A stretch of 64,000 bases of DNA from Pseudomonadota bacterium (GTDB lineage: Bacteria; Pseudomonadota; Gammaproteobacteria; Burkholderiales; Burkholderiaceae_C): assembly GCA_030538085.1 (NCBI GenBank), contig JAUNUR010000003.1, positions 23,281 through 87,280 on the forward strand. The letters are read 5' to 3'. A program made the position numbers and the translations under genes. Every line of letters begins with the position of its first letter. The stretch's first letter is position 1. Positions 18,075 to 29,700 of the stretch are shown here, in pieces. Below the pieces are notes generated by a model. It saw only the letters and a list, made by a program, of their open reading frames with translations. It was not told where the DNA came from and ran no database searches.

Positions 18075-19046
18075 GCGCTGCACGCCTTCCACAAGGACGA
18101 GCACTACATCATCGCCTACGACGAGGAATCCAAGACCGACAAGGTGCAGATCGTCGATGAATACACCGGCCGCGTGATGCCCGACCGCTCCTGGGAGCGC
18201 GGTCTGCACCAGATGATCGAGGCCAAGGAAGGCGTGCAGATCACGGGTCAGCGCAAGACATTGGCCCAGATGACGTATCAGCGCTTCTTCAAGCGGTACT
18301 TGCTGTTGTCTGGGATGACGGGGACCGCACAGGAGATCGCGCCGGAGCTCAAGCGCGTTTACGACCTGGACGTGCTCCCCATCCCGACCAACAAGCCGAA
18401 CCAGCGGCAGTACTGGCGCCCGCGCTGCTGGCATACCGAAAACGAAAAATGGGCTGCCGTGGCACAGCAGGCCACCGAAATAGCCGCTCAGGGCCGTGCC
18501 GTGCTGGTGGGCACGCGCTCGGTGGAAGGCTCAGAAACGCTGAGTCAGTTGCTGACCGATCAAGGCATTGCCCACACGGTGCTCAATGCCCGCCAGGATG
18601 CCGATGAGGCAGAGCTGATCAAGCATGCCGGCGAAGCCGGCCATATCACGGTCGCCACCAACATGGCCGGGCGCGGTACCGACATCAAGCTGCCCCAGAC
18701 CGTGAAAGACAAAGGCGGGCTGCACGTGATCCTGACCGAATACCACGAAAGTGCCCGCATTGACCGGCAACTGTTCGGGCGCAGTGCCCGGCAGGGCGAT
18801 CCGGGAACGGTGCAGGCGCTGGTGTGCCTGGAGGACGATGCCTTTGTGCGTTATGCACCCACGGCAGCGCGTGGGGTGGCGCGGTTGACGCCACAAAACC
18901 GTGAAGTGCCGACCCCGCTATTGCAATGGCTGGTCAAGCTCACGCAACACACCGCCGAGCGCAACAACCGCAAGATCAGGCTCGATACGCTCAAGCACGA
19001 TCAAAAACGCAGAGAACAAATGGGATTCGCGGGGAATCAAGGCTAG
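18075..19046 (+). pseudogene. 3' half of a short SecA-like ATPase paralog
   Basis: IVDEYTGR, GLHQMIEAKEG, GMTGTA, VLNARQ, VATNMAGRGTDI, RIDRQLFGRSARQGDPG; N-terminal NBD1 missing; ends without the canonical SecA C-terminus. Confidence 0.85.
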
Positions 19047-19210
19047 TACGCCGACACGGAAATTTCGAAACGTGAAAGCGCGCCTTCGCACCGATGGCGG
19101 CGTTGCACATCCTCGCGATACCACCCGGTATCGCTACGGTGTGCGCCTTGCCCTCGGGCCGAATCCCATCACTTTCACCATGTTCCGAAATCTCCGTGTC
19201 GGCGTACTAG
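19043..19210. mobile_element. 168-bp CTAG-bounded MITE-like element
   Basis: CTAGTACGCCGACACGGAAATTTCGAAAC ... GTTCCGAAATCTCCGTGTCGGCGTACTAG, 29-bp inverted ends with 2 mismatches. Confidence 0.78.
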
Positions 19211-19266
19211 CACCGAACTCAGCCGGCGAGCCATTGGGCCTGTTCATCTGCATGCGCGAACTTGGG

Positions 19267-20286
19267 TCAATGTTTCCAATACGCCGGCAGCGAACCTGTA
19301 ACACCATACATCTTCAGGATCTCAGACTCATCGAACCCATCTGCGCGCATGCGATCGCGTAAACGGCTAAGTACGTCGTCGGGGACGAAATGCGCGTCAG
19401 TGGGGAGATGACCCATGACGGTTTCCATCAGAGGGTGTTCAATTCTCGGGTTTTCAAGACCTCGCATTTGGCGCAATTTCAGTACCAGCAAAGCAGCCAT
19501 GGGGAACCGCTGCATTCCTCCACCGGAAAATTCGCGAAGATGCGAGGTGTCTGCCTTTCCCTGATATCCATGGATGGTATGACAGTCGCAAACATTCACA
19601 AGATAAGGCGCTATGACGTCTGGCTCCTCATTTTTCCAGTGCGCCAGCATTTCTTGAAGGTAAGGTGTTGTATCGAAAAAATCCGGTCTTTCGGGATAAA
19701 AACGATCTGGCAATGCGGGCACCGATTCACCAATGTGCTCCCCAAGCATGCGCAACATGAGATTGCCTGCAGAACTGGGGCGCACTTTAGTAGGAATCAT
19801 ATTTTCTCGATAGGCCTGGAGCACCATGCGCGCCAACAAAGTACTCCGTTCGATTTCACCAAGCAGAAAACCGATAACAATCCATCGTATGTATCGATTC
19901 TCTATCTCGTTCTCATTCACGCCGTAGTGACGCATTCGGTATAGCTCGAGAAAAGTAGACAACTCCCCCTGTTCAAATACTTTACTTATGGTTTCCGACG
20001 ACCATTTTACCGAGTTTACAGCCGTTACCTTGAATTGACCCATATAATACCAAGAATAGCAATTTATTTTTTTCGGAAGATATCCCAGCCACTTCTTGGC
20101 CTTTGATTTTTGCTCCTCAGTTCTACGATCGTAAATATTGGATACGGGGATGCCTGTCCTGGCATAATCATCGATAGCCTTCGTTGGCTCCTCAATGTCG
20201 TCAGGTGTGTAATCGGTCTTGATTTTCTTGCCGATTTTATTTTCTTTTATCCAATTTTCGCTGATTCCGGGACGAGGTAACATCAT
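19267..20286 (-). CDS. AT-rich hypothetical protein resembling polymorphic-toxin immunity proteins
   Basis: Visibly low GC; C-terminal CDCHT...EF...FPMAALLVLKLRQMRGLENPRIEHPLM; directly downstream of a large Ig-repeat gene end. Confidence 0.55.
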   Translation of the reverse strand: MMLPRPGISENWIKENKIGKKIKTDYTPDDIEEPTKAIDDYARTGIPVSNIYDRRTEEQKSKAKKWLGYLPKKINCYSWYYMGQFKVTAVNSVKWSSETISKVFEQGELSTFLELYRMRHYGVNENEIENRYIRWIVIGFLLGEIERSTLLARMVLQAYRENMIPTKVRPSSAGNLMLRMLGEHIGESVPALPDRFYPERPDFFDTTPYLQEMLAHWKNEEPDVIAPYLVNVCDCHTIHGYQGKADTSHLREFSGGGMQRFPMAALLVLKLRQMRGLENPRIEHPLMETVMGHLPTDAHFVPDDVLSRLRDRMRADGFDESEILKMYGVTGSLPAYWKH

Positions 20287-20302
20287 TTCTCCTTTTCGAC
20301 GA

Positions 20303-20915
20303 TCATAGCGTCACCACCAGCCCTGTCTGCTCGGCCAGACTGGGCTGCTGCGAGGTTGAGTCGTTAGGCAATACACCTACCGGAACCTGCAACTGCGTAG
20401 AGTCTACGGTGCCACTCCAGTTGATCGTGGCCGGTGTTTGTACGCTGGTTTGCGTGGCTTGCTGCGTCGCAGCCGTGCCACTGCTCACCACGACGTAGTT
20501 GCTTGCGCTGGCGCTGGTCGTCGTACCACTGCCGGGCTGCTGCGACTCGAACGTCACCGCCGCCGTACCCGTCGTTGACGTTCCCACCTGCATGCTCACC
20601 ATCGCCGTGGTGCTCACCCGCCCGTCGCTCAGGGTGATCTGGAAGCTGTCCACCCCCTGATAACCCTCGGCGGGCTGGTAATAGTAGTTGCCCCACCAGT
20701 CCTTGCTCACCGTGCCATGCAGCGGCTGCTGGAAGCTGACGATGCGCACGCGGTCGCCATCGGCATCCTGAAGGCCTGAGCCCAGGTCGATCAAGGTCTT
20801 GGCGTTCGGCGACACGACGTACACGTCGTGCTCGAACATCGGCGCATCGTTCACGGCGGTGATGTGGATGCTGAACCTGACCGTGTTGGACCAGGCCGTG
20901 CCGTCTGAGACCCGC
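20303..20915 (-). pseudogene. C-terminal fragment of a large Ig-like/cadherin-repeat secreted protein
   Basis: VSDG...ITAVNDAP...DADGD...QPLHGTV...YQPAEGYQGVDSFQITLSDG repeat; Ser/Thr-rich tail; 5' end lost. Confidence 0.8.
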
Positions 20916-22496
20916 AGGGTAGGTGTACGTTGAAGGTTGGCCGTGCAGCAGCGCGTCAATGCGAACGTGCATGGCGCCCGCGGAGGCGCCAAGATAACAA
21001 TGGGCGACGGTCTTCAACTGAGGGTTTCCAAAGTCCAGTTGACCAAGCCCGAACGCGGCGCCAATCGGCGTGCCTGCATCGTCCGCGCCGTCAAGTACAT
21101 ACAGGCCGTCGTGACGGCAGCCATAGTAGTGGTCTCCGATGCGCGCGAAGCTGTCGAAGTCGTAATTGGTGTAGTGGGTCGTGCCGCCGGTCTCGCCCAT
21201 GCTCAGCGCGTACACGTCTGCGTTTACGGCACGCCCGCCCAGCCGCCCTGTCGCCAGCAGGCGCATAGCTTGCGTCGCCAGCACGAACCTGGCGGGGCCA
21301 AGGGTCGTATTCGCGGTCAGCCGGCCATCAAGCGCGGCCGTGCGCAGCCGCCTCACGGCGCCGGCCGCGCCGCCACCGCCCAGCACCCCGCGCAGTTGCG
21401 CAGTGGTCAGGACAGCGCGCCCGCGCACGCATCCACCACCGCCCAGCACCGCGCGCAGGCGGGGCACCGCGAACGGCACCATGGCGCCGCCCAGCACCCC
21501 GCGCAGCGGTACTGTCGGCAACATGCCGTCGTCGATCACCAGTGGCGCCAGCGCCACCGGCAGCAACACCTGTCCGTAGGCCAGCCCCACCATGCTGCGC
21601 GGCGCGACACTTTGCGCGCGCCACGCAGGCGCAATGGCCGCGGCCGTGTTGATCGAGTCGCCACCATATGAGCGCCACGCGGGCTGTGCCGACAATGCGC
21701 CGTTTTGACCACTTGCGCGCGTCCGCCAGGCGGGCGAGCGGGCCGGGCGCATGTCGGCATACGGATCGTGGTTGCGCCATGCTGGCGCCGCTGAGCGCAC
21801 CTCGTTGAAGCGCATGTCGAGCACCGATCCGCCAGCACCGGTGCGCCATGGCGGCATACGCGCCACCGCGTAGTTTCCGTCCACATCCGACGAAGCGGCG
21901 TGCCATGGTGGCATGCGGGCTGCCACTGCGTTGTCCGTCACATCCGTGCCGGCCGCGCGCCAGGCCGGCGCCACTGCGTGCGCTGACGCAGTGACCATGC
22001 GAACGTCCAGCAGCCTGGCGTTGAAAATACTCTCGAACTCGGCGGAGAAGGCCGCGTACAGAAATGCAGGGCGCGCGGTACGCGCCGCACCCTGGTGCAC
22101 CAGCGTTCCGCTTACCAACGCGCCGCGGACGATGTTTTGCTCGGCGCTCCACAGGTAATACGGGTTGTCGCCCTCCTCCGTGTAGTCAGGCCAGTACCCA
22201 CCGTCGCCGACTGTGTACACCACCTGCTCGTTGATTCGGTAGATGCGAAACACCAGCAGACTCGCCGATGGCAGACTCAGCCATGGCGTTTTGGCCGCGC
22301 CGGACTCGACAACACAATACTGTTCGTCGAGCACGAAGAAGCCGTGCTCAATGTCCTCCGGCCCTCCCGCGTCCGTGCCAGACACCATCCCGCACGCGAT
22401 GCCGGATGACGGTACGCGGATGGTGAACTCGTAGCAGCCGTCGCCCGGCATCTCCAAAATGCTGCGCGCGCCGTGCCGCCACGTGCGCGCCGTCAT
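20914..22496 (-). pseudogene. Phage virion/tail protein, 3'-truncated
   Basis: Ala/Arg-rich repeats, then TTHYTNYDFDSFARIGDHYYG...GLYVLDG...DFG...KTV phage module; frame runs into the Ig fragment after TYTYPA. Confidence 0.65.
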
Positions 22497-22726
22497 ACAA
22501 CGCCTCCGACGAATCGGCAGGTCGAGTTACCGTCGTTGTCCGTGATGCACAGCCAAGCCCCCTCTGACGGGGGCGGGGCAGGAGCGGCGGGGGCGGTAAT
22601 CGGCCTTGGCGGCTCCGGCGGGTGGCCTGGCGGTGGCGGTGGCGGGGGCGCCGGTGGCGGCGGATAGGGGGTGCGCGCGGGCGGCGCTGGAACCGACTGC
22701 AACTCCACCAGTCTCTGTGCTGGCAT
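22493..22726 (-). CDS. Proline-rich phage hypothetical protein
   Basis: 77 aa with poly-Pro; coupled to both neighbours. Confidence 0.65.
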   Translation of the reverse strand: MPAQRLVELQSVPAPPARTPYPPPPAPPPPPPPGHPPEPPRPITAPAAPAPPPSEGAWLCITDNDGNSTCRFVGGVV

Positions 22727-22729
22727 GGC

Positions 22730-23167
22730 TTACTCCAATGGCTGTTCCATTAGGTAACGGTCCAGCGGGAACGGCGTACCGACATCGAAGGTGACCGACA
22801 TCAGCACCATGTCTGCCGGCGGCGTCAGCCCAATCACGCCCTGCTCCCTGATCGCCGTCGTGCTGGCGGTGCCGTCGTCACCCGGCTTTACGTGACGGTA
22901 AAACGTCGCAACCCCGGCCGCGACGCCAGTGCCGCTCCACACCGCGCCGGGCGGCTTGCGTAAAAAGCGTCCCTCGGTAGACAGATCCAGGCCGGTGCTG
23001 TTGTCGCCGTTCAGCGTCAGCCGGCACAGCAGTGTCGCTGAACCGATACTCGCGTCGGCGCTGGGCGGCACTGGGCCAGCATAGATATCAATGAACCCGC
23101 CGCCCAGCGACGCGCTCTTGCTGTTTGCCAGCTCAGACGCCAGGCCGGTAGATAGCTTCGTGGTCAT
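22730..23167 (-). CDS. Phage virion structural protein (paralog of 23179-23625)
   Basis: MTTKLSTGL...IDIYAGPVPPSADA; AAGGA RBS. Confidence 0.7.
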   Translation of the reverse strand: MTTKLSTGLASELANSKSASLGGGFIDIYAGPVPPSADASIGSATLLCRLTLNGDNSTGLDLSTEGRFLRKPPGAVWSGTGVAAGVATFYRHVKPGDDGTASTTAIREQGVIGLTPPADMVLMSVTFDVGTPFPLDRYLMEQPLE

Positions 23168-23178
23168 GGTGGTTTCCT

Positions 23179-23625
23179 TTATGTTGGTGGGATGAAGAAA
23201 AAGAACGAGTCGATAGGCTCCGACTGGTTCGCGGTCAGCATGGGTTGCGGTAGCACTAGGCCCTCGCCAATGGTCCCGTCCACACGCGGCGTGTAGTCCG
23301 TCGCGCGCCCGCCGTCGTAGCTGTTCCAGTAAAATCGCCACCAGCCAGCAACGCCAGAGCGGTGCACCTTCAAGACCCAGTTGCCCGAGTTCTGGCACGC
23401 GCCCGCCACCGGGCCAGGCACCAGCACCAGCCCGCCCGCTGTCAGACCTGGGTAGACGTCGTTGCCGTCTTGAGTGATGGACGCCAGATGCTCACCCTGA
23501 TCGGCGTCATCAGCACTAGCCGGCTGCTCACCGCTGAACACACGGATATGTCCTAGCTGAAGCATCCGCGCGACCCCGTAGTCGGTGGCCAGCGCGGCTC
23601 GAAGGGCGGAACTAAGGCGAATCAT
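23179..23625 (-). CDS. Phage virion structural protein
   Basis: [10 protein letters not shown]...IRVFSGEQPASADDA. Confidence 0.7.
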   Translation of the reverse strand: MIRLSSALRAALATDYGVARMLQLGHIRVFSGEQPASADDADQGEHLASITQDGNDVYPGLTAGGLVLVPGPVAGACQNSGNWVLKVHRSGVAGWWRFYWNSYDGGRATDYTPRVDGTIGEGLVLPQPMLTANQSEPIDSFFFFIPPT

Positions 23626-26246
23626 CAGAGCGTCCAGACGGGCAGGATGTTGTCGGCCAGATCGTCAATGCCGGTGATCTCGGCAAGGTCAAGCGAGCTG
23701 GAATGAAAAAAGTGATGATGGCCCGCGGGCGCGCCGTCCAGGCCAATCCCAAACATCTGCCAGACCAAGCGGCCCGCTAGCACATACTCGCCGTCGAAAG
23801 TGGCGTCATACATCCTGTCTGGGTATCCAGAAAACCTGGCATAACAGGTGGGGGCGAGGGGCGTCGCGCGCGGGGTGCGCGTGCTCGCGTCGCCGAACGT
23901 GTGCGTCGCTTGCGCGGGGCGCGGAATGCCGACGGCGCCGTAAGTGAACGACGCCTTGAAATCGCCGTCCGGGCTGAGCCCGAACGGCCACGATGGATGC
24001 ACCCTGTGCGACCAATTGCCGACGTTGGCAGACGACCACAGCGGCACCAGCCAAGGTAGGCCCGACGCTGGAGTCTGCGGCTGTACGCGCTGGTACAAGG
24101 TACGCACCAGCTCGGGCGCCACCATGTTGCGCATCACACGCGCGGCGCATACCGTATTGCTGCCGTCCCCCTCTAGCGTGTATTCGATCCAATGTCCGCG
24201 CTCCAGGCGCTCCGGGTCGAGATACAAGAGGTGCCTCACTAAACCAGTCACTACGCGCGCGTCGTTTGCGTCGCTGGCCGTGCTGCAGAACAGCCAGGAG
24301 GCTCCGCCTGGAAACACCAGTTCCGAGAACAAGCGGCGCGCACTTGTCTGGCCCGTCACACTTCCGTGATGATCGATTGACAGATCGACGAAGCGCAATT
24401 CGTTGCCACTGTAGAACGGGAACAGATGGCAGCGCCCCGCCGCGGAATGCTCGTGCACGCCTTCGTCAATGTGCACGCGGATGTCGATTTCGCTGGTCGC
24501 AACTTCGCTGCCCTGCCCGTCGACGAACTCGTAGAAATGGAGGCGCTCGCCGGCCCACCGCCCTGATCCGTCATCCAGGTGCTCGCCAACGGCACATGCT
24601 ACGCGCCGGCCGTCTTCAGAGAACCGGGCCGCCACGGGAATCGTCACAGGGCTGAATGGCAGCACCACGGCCCCGATCTCGCGTTGCGTCGCAAGAAAGT
24701 CCTCTGCCCGCCCCTCCCGCACCACCAGACGACACACGGCGCCTGGTGCTGGCGCCAGATGGATTGGCCCGTACTCCTCGTACATCAAGGTGCGCAGAGC
24801 CAGCTCTTGTCCGTGCGCAGCTTCGAGTACGTCAGCCTCACTGCCGGCGCAAGCGTCATCGCTTGGCAGGCCGGCCGTTGCACGGGCGCGGTTATACGAC
24901 GCTTCCCGCAGCTGCTTCTCGCGAACCCACGTCGCGACGGCTTTGGCGTCGGGCTGCGGGGCTCCAGAGGCGCACAACGCAGCCCCTAGGACGTGCGCGC
25001 GGGACGTTTGCACGCTCTGCTCAGTCTGCCGAACCACCTCGATGTCGGTGTGCCGGTAGCTGACCATTTCGCTGGTAGACCAGTGCAAGCTGTTCACCGG
25101 GGCGCACACGAAGATGCCTGGCGGGCCAGACACACTGATCGAGCCAAACCGTGGGTGCCGCCACGTCGTGCACCGCGCGTCGCGCGGGCCGGCGCTAGAA
25201 AACACCTGCGTGACCTCCCTCATCCGGCTCCCGGCGCCCAGGTCTGCGCGCGGCCACGTCCCAACCGTCATCACTTCGGCGCGGTACTGGGGCGAGCCGT
25301 CGGCGTCGCTGGCGGCTCGCTGGCCGAAGGTGTAGTCGACGCGCATGGTCGCGTCGTGCCCCGGCGAATTGACCCACCACTCGACAGCGTTCGCGCCCAG
25401 GGCCGCGCCCTTGGCGGTGTTGTTCGCATACAGGTTCTCGCCCACGCCCTCCGGCTGTCCAGCACGCGCGTACTGGCGCTCGGCCAGGGTCTGCCAGCCA
25501 GGGCGGAAATCCGGGCTGCCGTGCGCCATCTGACGTGCGCGCACGTTCTCGTCGCAGATCGCTTGGGCAAGGTCAGGTGTCCAGCCAGCCAGAGGTTGTG
25601 ACACCGGGGGCATGTCGAAGGTCGCACGGCGCCCGTTCGTGTTGAGTAACACGGCGTGCATCAACTCGAACGGCCACGGGCGCACCTGCGGGCGATGCGC
25701 GAACCACGCATCCTGTCGCCGCTCTTTGAGCAAGGGCAGCCAGCGACCGACGAACTGCGGCAGGCGCCGCCCGTTCTTCCACGCCCCTACCTCCGCCGCA
25801 TCAAGGTACAGCGCCGGCCAGTTCAGCGTCATGCTCACATCGTTGCCGCGCATGTAGGGCGAGGCCGAATAGACGGTGTGCAGGTATTCCGGCGTGTTGT
25901 TGTGGCGGTAGCGGTTGATGACCACGTAGGGGAAATCGCCGCCCGGCGTGCCCTTGCCGTCGGCTGTGGGCGGCAGGCCCCAGCCTCGCGGCGCACTCTT
26001 GCTGCGCGGCGTGATAACCATACCCTCGGGCACCCACGCCAGGCGGGACAACTGGTTCTGTGTAGCCTGCTCGTCCGCCGTCTGCACGTACAGCCGCTCG
26101 CCGACTTTGCGCGATGTCGAGCCATCAGCGTTACGCCGATGCAGCGCCGGCGCGCCCATCGTTTCCAGCATGCGCGCCTGCCGTTCGCCGGCCCGGCTGC
26201 CCGGCAGCGCGCGGTGGTGCGCGAAGCGCGAGTAGTCCATCGTCAT
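23625..26246 (-). CDS. Large phage protein with an internal CAP/SCP-like domain
   Basis: VGENLYAN...[15 protein letters not shown] resembles the CAP signature GENL...W.NS.GH. Confidence 0.7.
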   Translation of the reverse strand: MTMDYSRFAHHRALPGSRAGERQARMLETMGAPALHRRNADGSTSRKVGERLYVQTADEQATQNQLSRLAWVPEGMVITPRSKSAPRGWGLPPTADGKGTPGGDFPYVVINRYRHNNTPEYLHTVYSASPYMRGNDVSMTLNWPALYLDAAEVGAWKNGRRLPQFVGRWLPLLKERRQDAWFAHRPQVRPWPFELMHAVLLNTNGRRATFDMPPVSQPLAGWTPDLAQAICDENVRARQMAHGSPDFRPGWQTLAERQYARAGQPEGVGENLYANNTAKGAALGANAVEWWVNSPGHDATMRVDYTFGQRAASDADGSPQYRAEVMTVGTWPRADLGAGSRMREVTQVFSSAGPRDARCTTWRHPRFGSISVSGPPGIFVCAPVNSLHWSTSEMVSYRHTDIEVVRQTEQSVQTSRAHVLGAALCASGAPQPDAKAVATWVREKQLREASYNRARATAGLPSDDACAGSEADVLEAAHGQELALRTLMYEEYGPIHLAPAPGAVCRLVVREGRAEDFLATQREIGAVVLPFSPVTIPVAARFSEDGRRVACAVGEHLDDGSGRWAGERLHFYEFVDGQGSEVATSEIDIRVHIDEGVHEHSAAGRCHLFPFYSGNELRFVDLSIDHHGSVTGQTSARRLFSELVFPGGASWLFCSTASDANDARVVTGLVRHLLYLDPERLERGHWIEYTLEGDGSNTVCAARVMRNMVAPELVRTLYQRVQPQTPASGLPWLVPLWSSANVGNWSHRVHPSWPFGLSPDGDFKASFTYGAVGIPRPAQATHTFGDASTRTPRATPLAPTCYARFSGYPDRMYDATFDGEYVLAGRLVWQMFGIGLDGAPAGHHHFFHSSSLDLAEITGIDDLADNILPVWTL

Positions 26247-26674
26247 TCCGGGTTGCTGAGCGACAGCGTGACCGGCACCGTCACCGTGTCGCCCGACGAG
26301 TACGCGCGCGGCGTGTCGAGCCGCTGGAGCGCCAGCAGCACGCCAGACCCGGTCGCCTTGCCAGCGCTCGAAATCACAGCGAAACCATGGACGGTCTTGT
26401 CCGCCGTCAGTTCGAACTGCGCGATGCTGGCCGAGTTATTAGTGGCCCCGCCCGCTGCCGCCGCCACCACCAGGCCAGGCCTCGCGGTAGCTGTATAGGC
26501 GGTCAACTCGGTCGAACGCCCAACGATGTTCGCGGCTGTGTCGTCGTCCTGGGGCGTGTAGTCGCCCTCGAACAACATGACGTGCCACGACGTGATCTGA
26601 GCGCGCCCCCGCAGGGCTACGTCCATCATGTAGTTTCGTCCTTCAGCGGGGTAGGTGATAAGCATCGGAGTCAT
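26243..26674 (-). CDS. Phage virion/tail protein
   Basis: [11 protein letters not shown]...[12 protein letters not shown]...[12 protein letters not shown]; coupled to the downstream gene. Confidence 0.7.
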   Translation of the reverse strand: MTPMLITYPAEGRNYMMDVALRGRAQITSWHVMLFEGDYTPQDDDTAANIVGRSTELTAYTATARPGLVVAAAAGGATNNSASIAQFELTADKTVHGFAVISSAGKATGSGVLLALQRLDTPRAYSSGDTVTVPVTLSLSNPE

Positions 26675-26782
26675 CGCAAAGCGGTTGTGGCGGCACGGAC
26701 TCAGCGCCCGCGCGCAGCAGCGCAATACGCAACTCACGCTCCTCGCGCCGCAGCTCGTGCAACTCGCGATTGCGCGCTTCTT
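26643..26782 (-). pseudogene. Displaced 3' part of the holin-like gene (charged tail)
   Basis: [23 protein letters not shown]... is in frame with the 34448 ORF once the inversion is reversed. Confidence 0.85.
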
Positions 26783-29700
26783 ACCGTGCCCAAGGGCAGT
26801 ACGCGCGCCGATGTGGCGCGGGTGCTCAAGGACGCGGGAGCGCTGAGCAATAAACAGAAGGTGTTCGGGCTGGGCGAGCGCGCGGGGGAGGTGATGTTCA
26901 GCCGCAGCCCGGCTACCAAGACCGCTTATGAGGCGCGCATCGACGCCTTGTTCGCCGGCGGCAAACCGGCCCTCGATGGTGTCCGTGTGCTGGATCGTTC
27001 TGATGTGCTTGGCCTATTGGGCATGGGTGATGGGCCAGTGCATCTGGCCGTGGGCAAGGTGCGAACGTCGAAGCACCCGAACATGACGGCCGAGGTGTGG
27101 AAGAAGATTCCAGAATGGCTGGACAACCCGGCGGCGGTGTTCGACAGCGACACGGTTGCCGGCCGCTTGGTGGCTATCGCGCCCGAAGATGTCGGCGGCC
27201 AGCCGGTGCTAATGGTGATTGAGCCGAACGGGCAGCGACGTTCGGATGGCATGCGTGTGCACTTGCTGCAAAACGCCTACGACAAAGACGAAGGTGCGCC
27301 GCCGTTCGACAAGTGGTTCCGTGAGGGCAAGGCCCGCTACGTCAACCAAAAAGAATTCCCGGCTGTCTTGCGCGCCTCCGGACTCCAATTGTCCGGTACA
27401 GCTTGGCAAAACAAGCCGGGAACACCCAAGATTCTAACAGAGAAGAATCTTGCTGGGTGGCGGCGCGCCAACAATCCGGCGTTCAGCTTCGCCGGCGAGC
27501 GCGCCGCCACGGCCAACCAGCATGCGCTGGCCACTGCCCGCGAGCGCATCAACGCCGGCGAGGACGCCGAGACGGTGCGGCAGGACACCGGCTGGCACAT
27601 CGGCGCCGATGGCCGCTGGCGCTTCGAAATCAGCGACCACGATGCGAGCCTGAAGCTGTCGGTGGACGAGTTCCGCGCCTTCGCGCGCGGCGACCAGACG
27701 GTGATGCTGGGCGACCTGCTGGAGCACCCGGCGCTGTTCGCCGCGTACCCGCACCTGGCCGAGACGCCCGTGGGCACTAAGGCGGGTCGTGGCGCCAGCT
27801 ACAGCCAGCGCACGGGAAGAATCCTGATGGGCGGGTCTGTGAGAGCGGGCCAGTTCCAGTCGATCCTGCTGCACGAAATCCAGCACGACATCCAGACCGT
27901 GGAGGGCTTTGCCAACGGCGGCGCGGTCAGCCAGTTCAAGGGTGACCTGGCGGCGCAGCGCGACCAGTACCGGCGCCAGGCCGGCGAGGTGGAGGCGCGC
28001 AACACCCAGACCCGCGAGCACCTGACGCCGGAGCAGCGCCGGGCATTCACGCCGCAGAGCACGCAGGACGTGGCCGAGTCGGACGTGATCGTGACGTTCA
28101 ACGGAAAGGACGCCGCCGATGCGCCAGCGCCAGCCAATGCTGAGATGGCGCTGACACCGGAACTGGCGCGCCGCACCGCCCGCATCCAGAAAGCCGTGGA
28201 TGCCATTCACGCCAAGTGGACGAACGCGCCCGAGACGGTGGTGGTGGCCGACATGCGCGATGCCCGCATTCCGCGTGCCGTGCGCGCAGCGGATGCGCAG
28301 CAAAAGAGCCAGGGCGCCACCGGCGAGCCGGAAGGGTTCTTCTACGGCGGCAAGGTCTATCTGGTGGCGAGCCAGTTGAATGACGCCCAGGCCACCGCGC
28401 GCGTGCTGGCGCATGAAAGCCTGGGGCACCACGGGCTGCGCGGCGTGTTCGGCGACCGCTTGACGCCGATTCTGAACCGCGTGGCGCTTGCAAAGCGCGC
28501 CGAGGTGATTGCCAAGGCACGCGAGTACGGCCTGGTTGGCGAGGATGTGGACGTGGACACCGCGACCGACTCCGAGGTGTGGCGCTCGATGACGCCGGAG
28601 CAGCGCCAGCAGGCGGCCGAGGAGGTGCTGGCGGTGCTCGCGCAGGAGCAGCCTAACTTGCCGCTGGTGCGCCAGGCCATCGCCGTGATTCGAGCGTGGC
28701 TGCGCGAGCACATTCCGGGCTTCAACAACCTGCGAGTGACGGATGACGAGATCATCCAGCAGTACATCTTGCCGGCGCGGGGATGGGTGCAGCGCGGGCA
28801 GACGCGGCAGACAGCGGCCCACTCCGTTGCGGCCGCTTACTCAAGGGCAGGAAAGTCGCAATTCGAGGCTGAGGTTGACGCTGCGATTGCTGCGGGGCTG
28901 AAGGACGACAAGCAGACGCTGCGCCAGCAGGTTTCACTGGGTGCACGCACCCCCGCCGTGCTGCGTGCGCTCGGTGTGGATGACAAGCCGCTGTATACGA
29001 ACCGTGACTTGCTGGCGAAGATGCACATCGACCACGGGGTGCCGCGCAACCAGGTCAAGGATTTGGCTGACCTGCTGGCGAATCCGGCGATGGTCTTCGC
29101 GTCGGACACTCAGCCGGGGCGCTTCACGGTGGTGACCAGCGTTGTGGCGTCTGGCAAGCCGGTGGTAGTGGCCGTGGAGCCGAACGGGGCGTCGCAGGGC
29201 CTGGATGTTGTTTACCTTCCAAGCGCCTACCCAAAGAACAACGCGGATCGCGCGATCACCGGGTGGATCAGGTCTGGGCTGCTTCGCTACGCTGACAAAG
29301 GCAGAAGCCGAGGTCTCGCCACAAATGCCGGGCTCCAATTGCCAGGGGTGGTGTCGAGAGCCATCGGCTTCACGCCGGGCAAGTATAAGACTGAGGCGGA
29401 TGTTGCGCAATCCGCGCCGGAATCCGGCGCATCCTTGCTGGACAAGGCCGTGCGCCCCCGGCGCCAGGCCAGCAACTTCCTGCAAGCACGCGCCGCAGCG
29501 AAGGCGTTTCAAGGCAAGCCGCTGACCAATGACGCCACGGGCATGGTGGCGACGGTCAGCCGCAACAACCTGGACAAGATGCTGAGCACCAGCGCGGTGG
29601 CGAAGTCGGAAAGCCCGGCCAGCCACTCGCTGGCGGTAGCGAACCTGGACGCGCTGTTCAAAGATGCGGTGCTGGGATGGAGCAAGCCGGATCGGGATGG

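Noticed and set aside
18057-19046. Housekeeping secA gene
   Set aside because: Lacks NBD1/DEAD start and the canonical C-terminal domains, and sits in island context; treated as an accessory paralog fragment
20364-20913. C-terminal ~180 aa of the predicted 710-aa ORF
   Set aside because: Out-of-frame read-through into the Ig-repeat fragment after a deletion junction
2190-21000. att duplication of the tRNA-Ser 3' end at the island's left edge
   Set aside because: No convincing TGGCGGAGAAGG copy found by eye; short matches at ~2336, ~32942, ~43252 and ~51912 are inside genes or on the wrong side
26114-26782. N-terminal 223 aa of the predicted 2125-aa ORF
   Set aside because: Antisense to the tail gene and holin tail; the true N-terminus is 37400-34650
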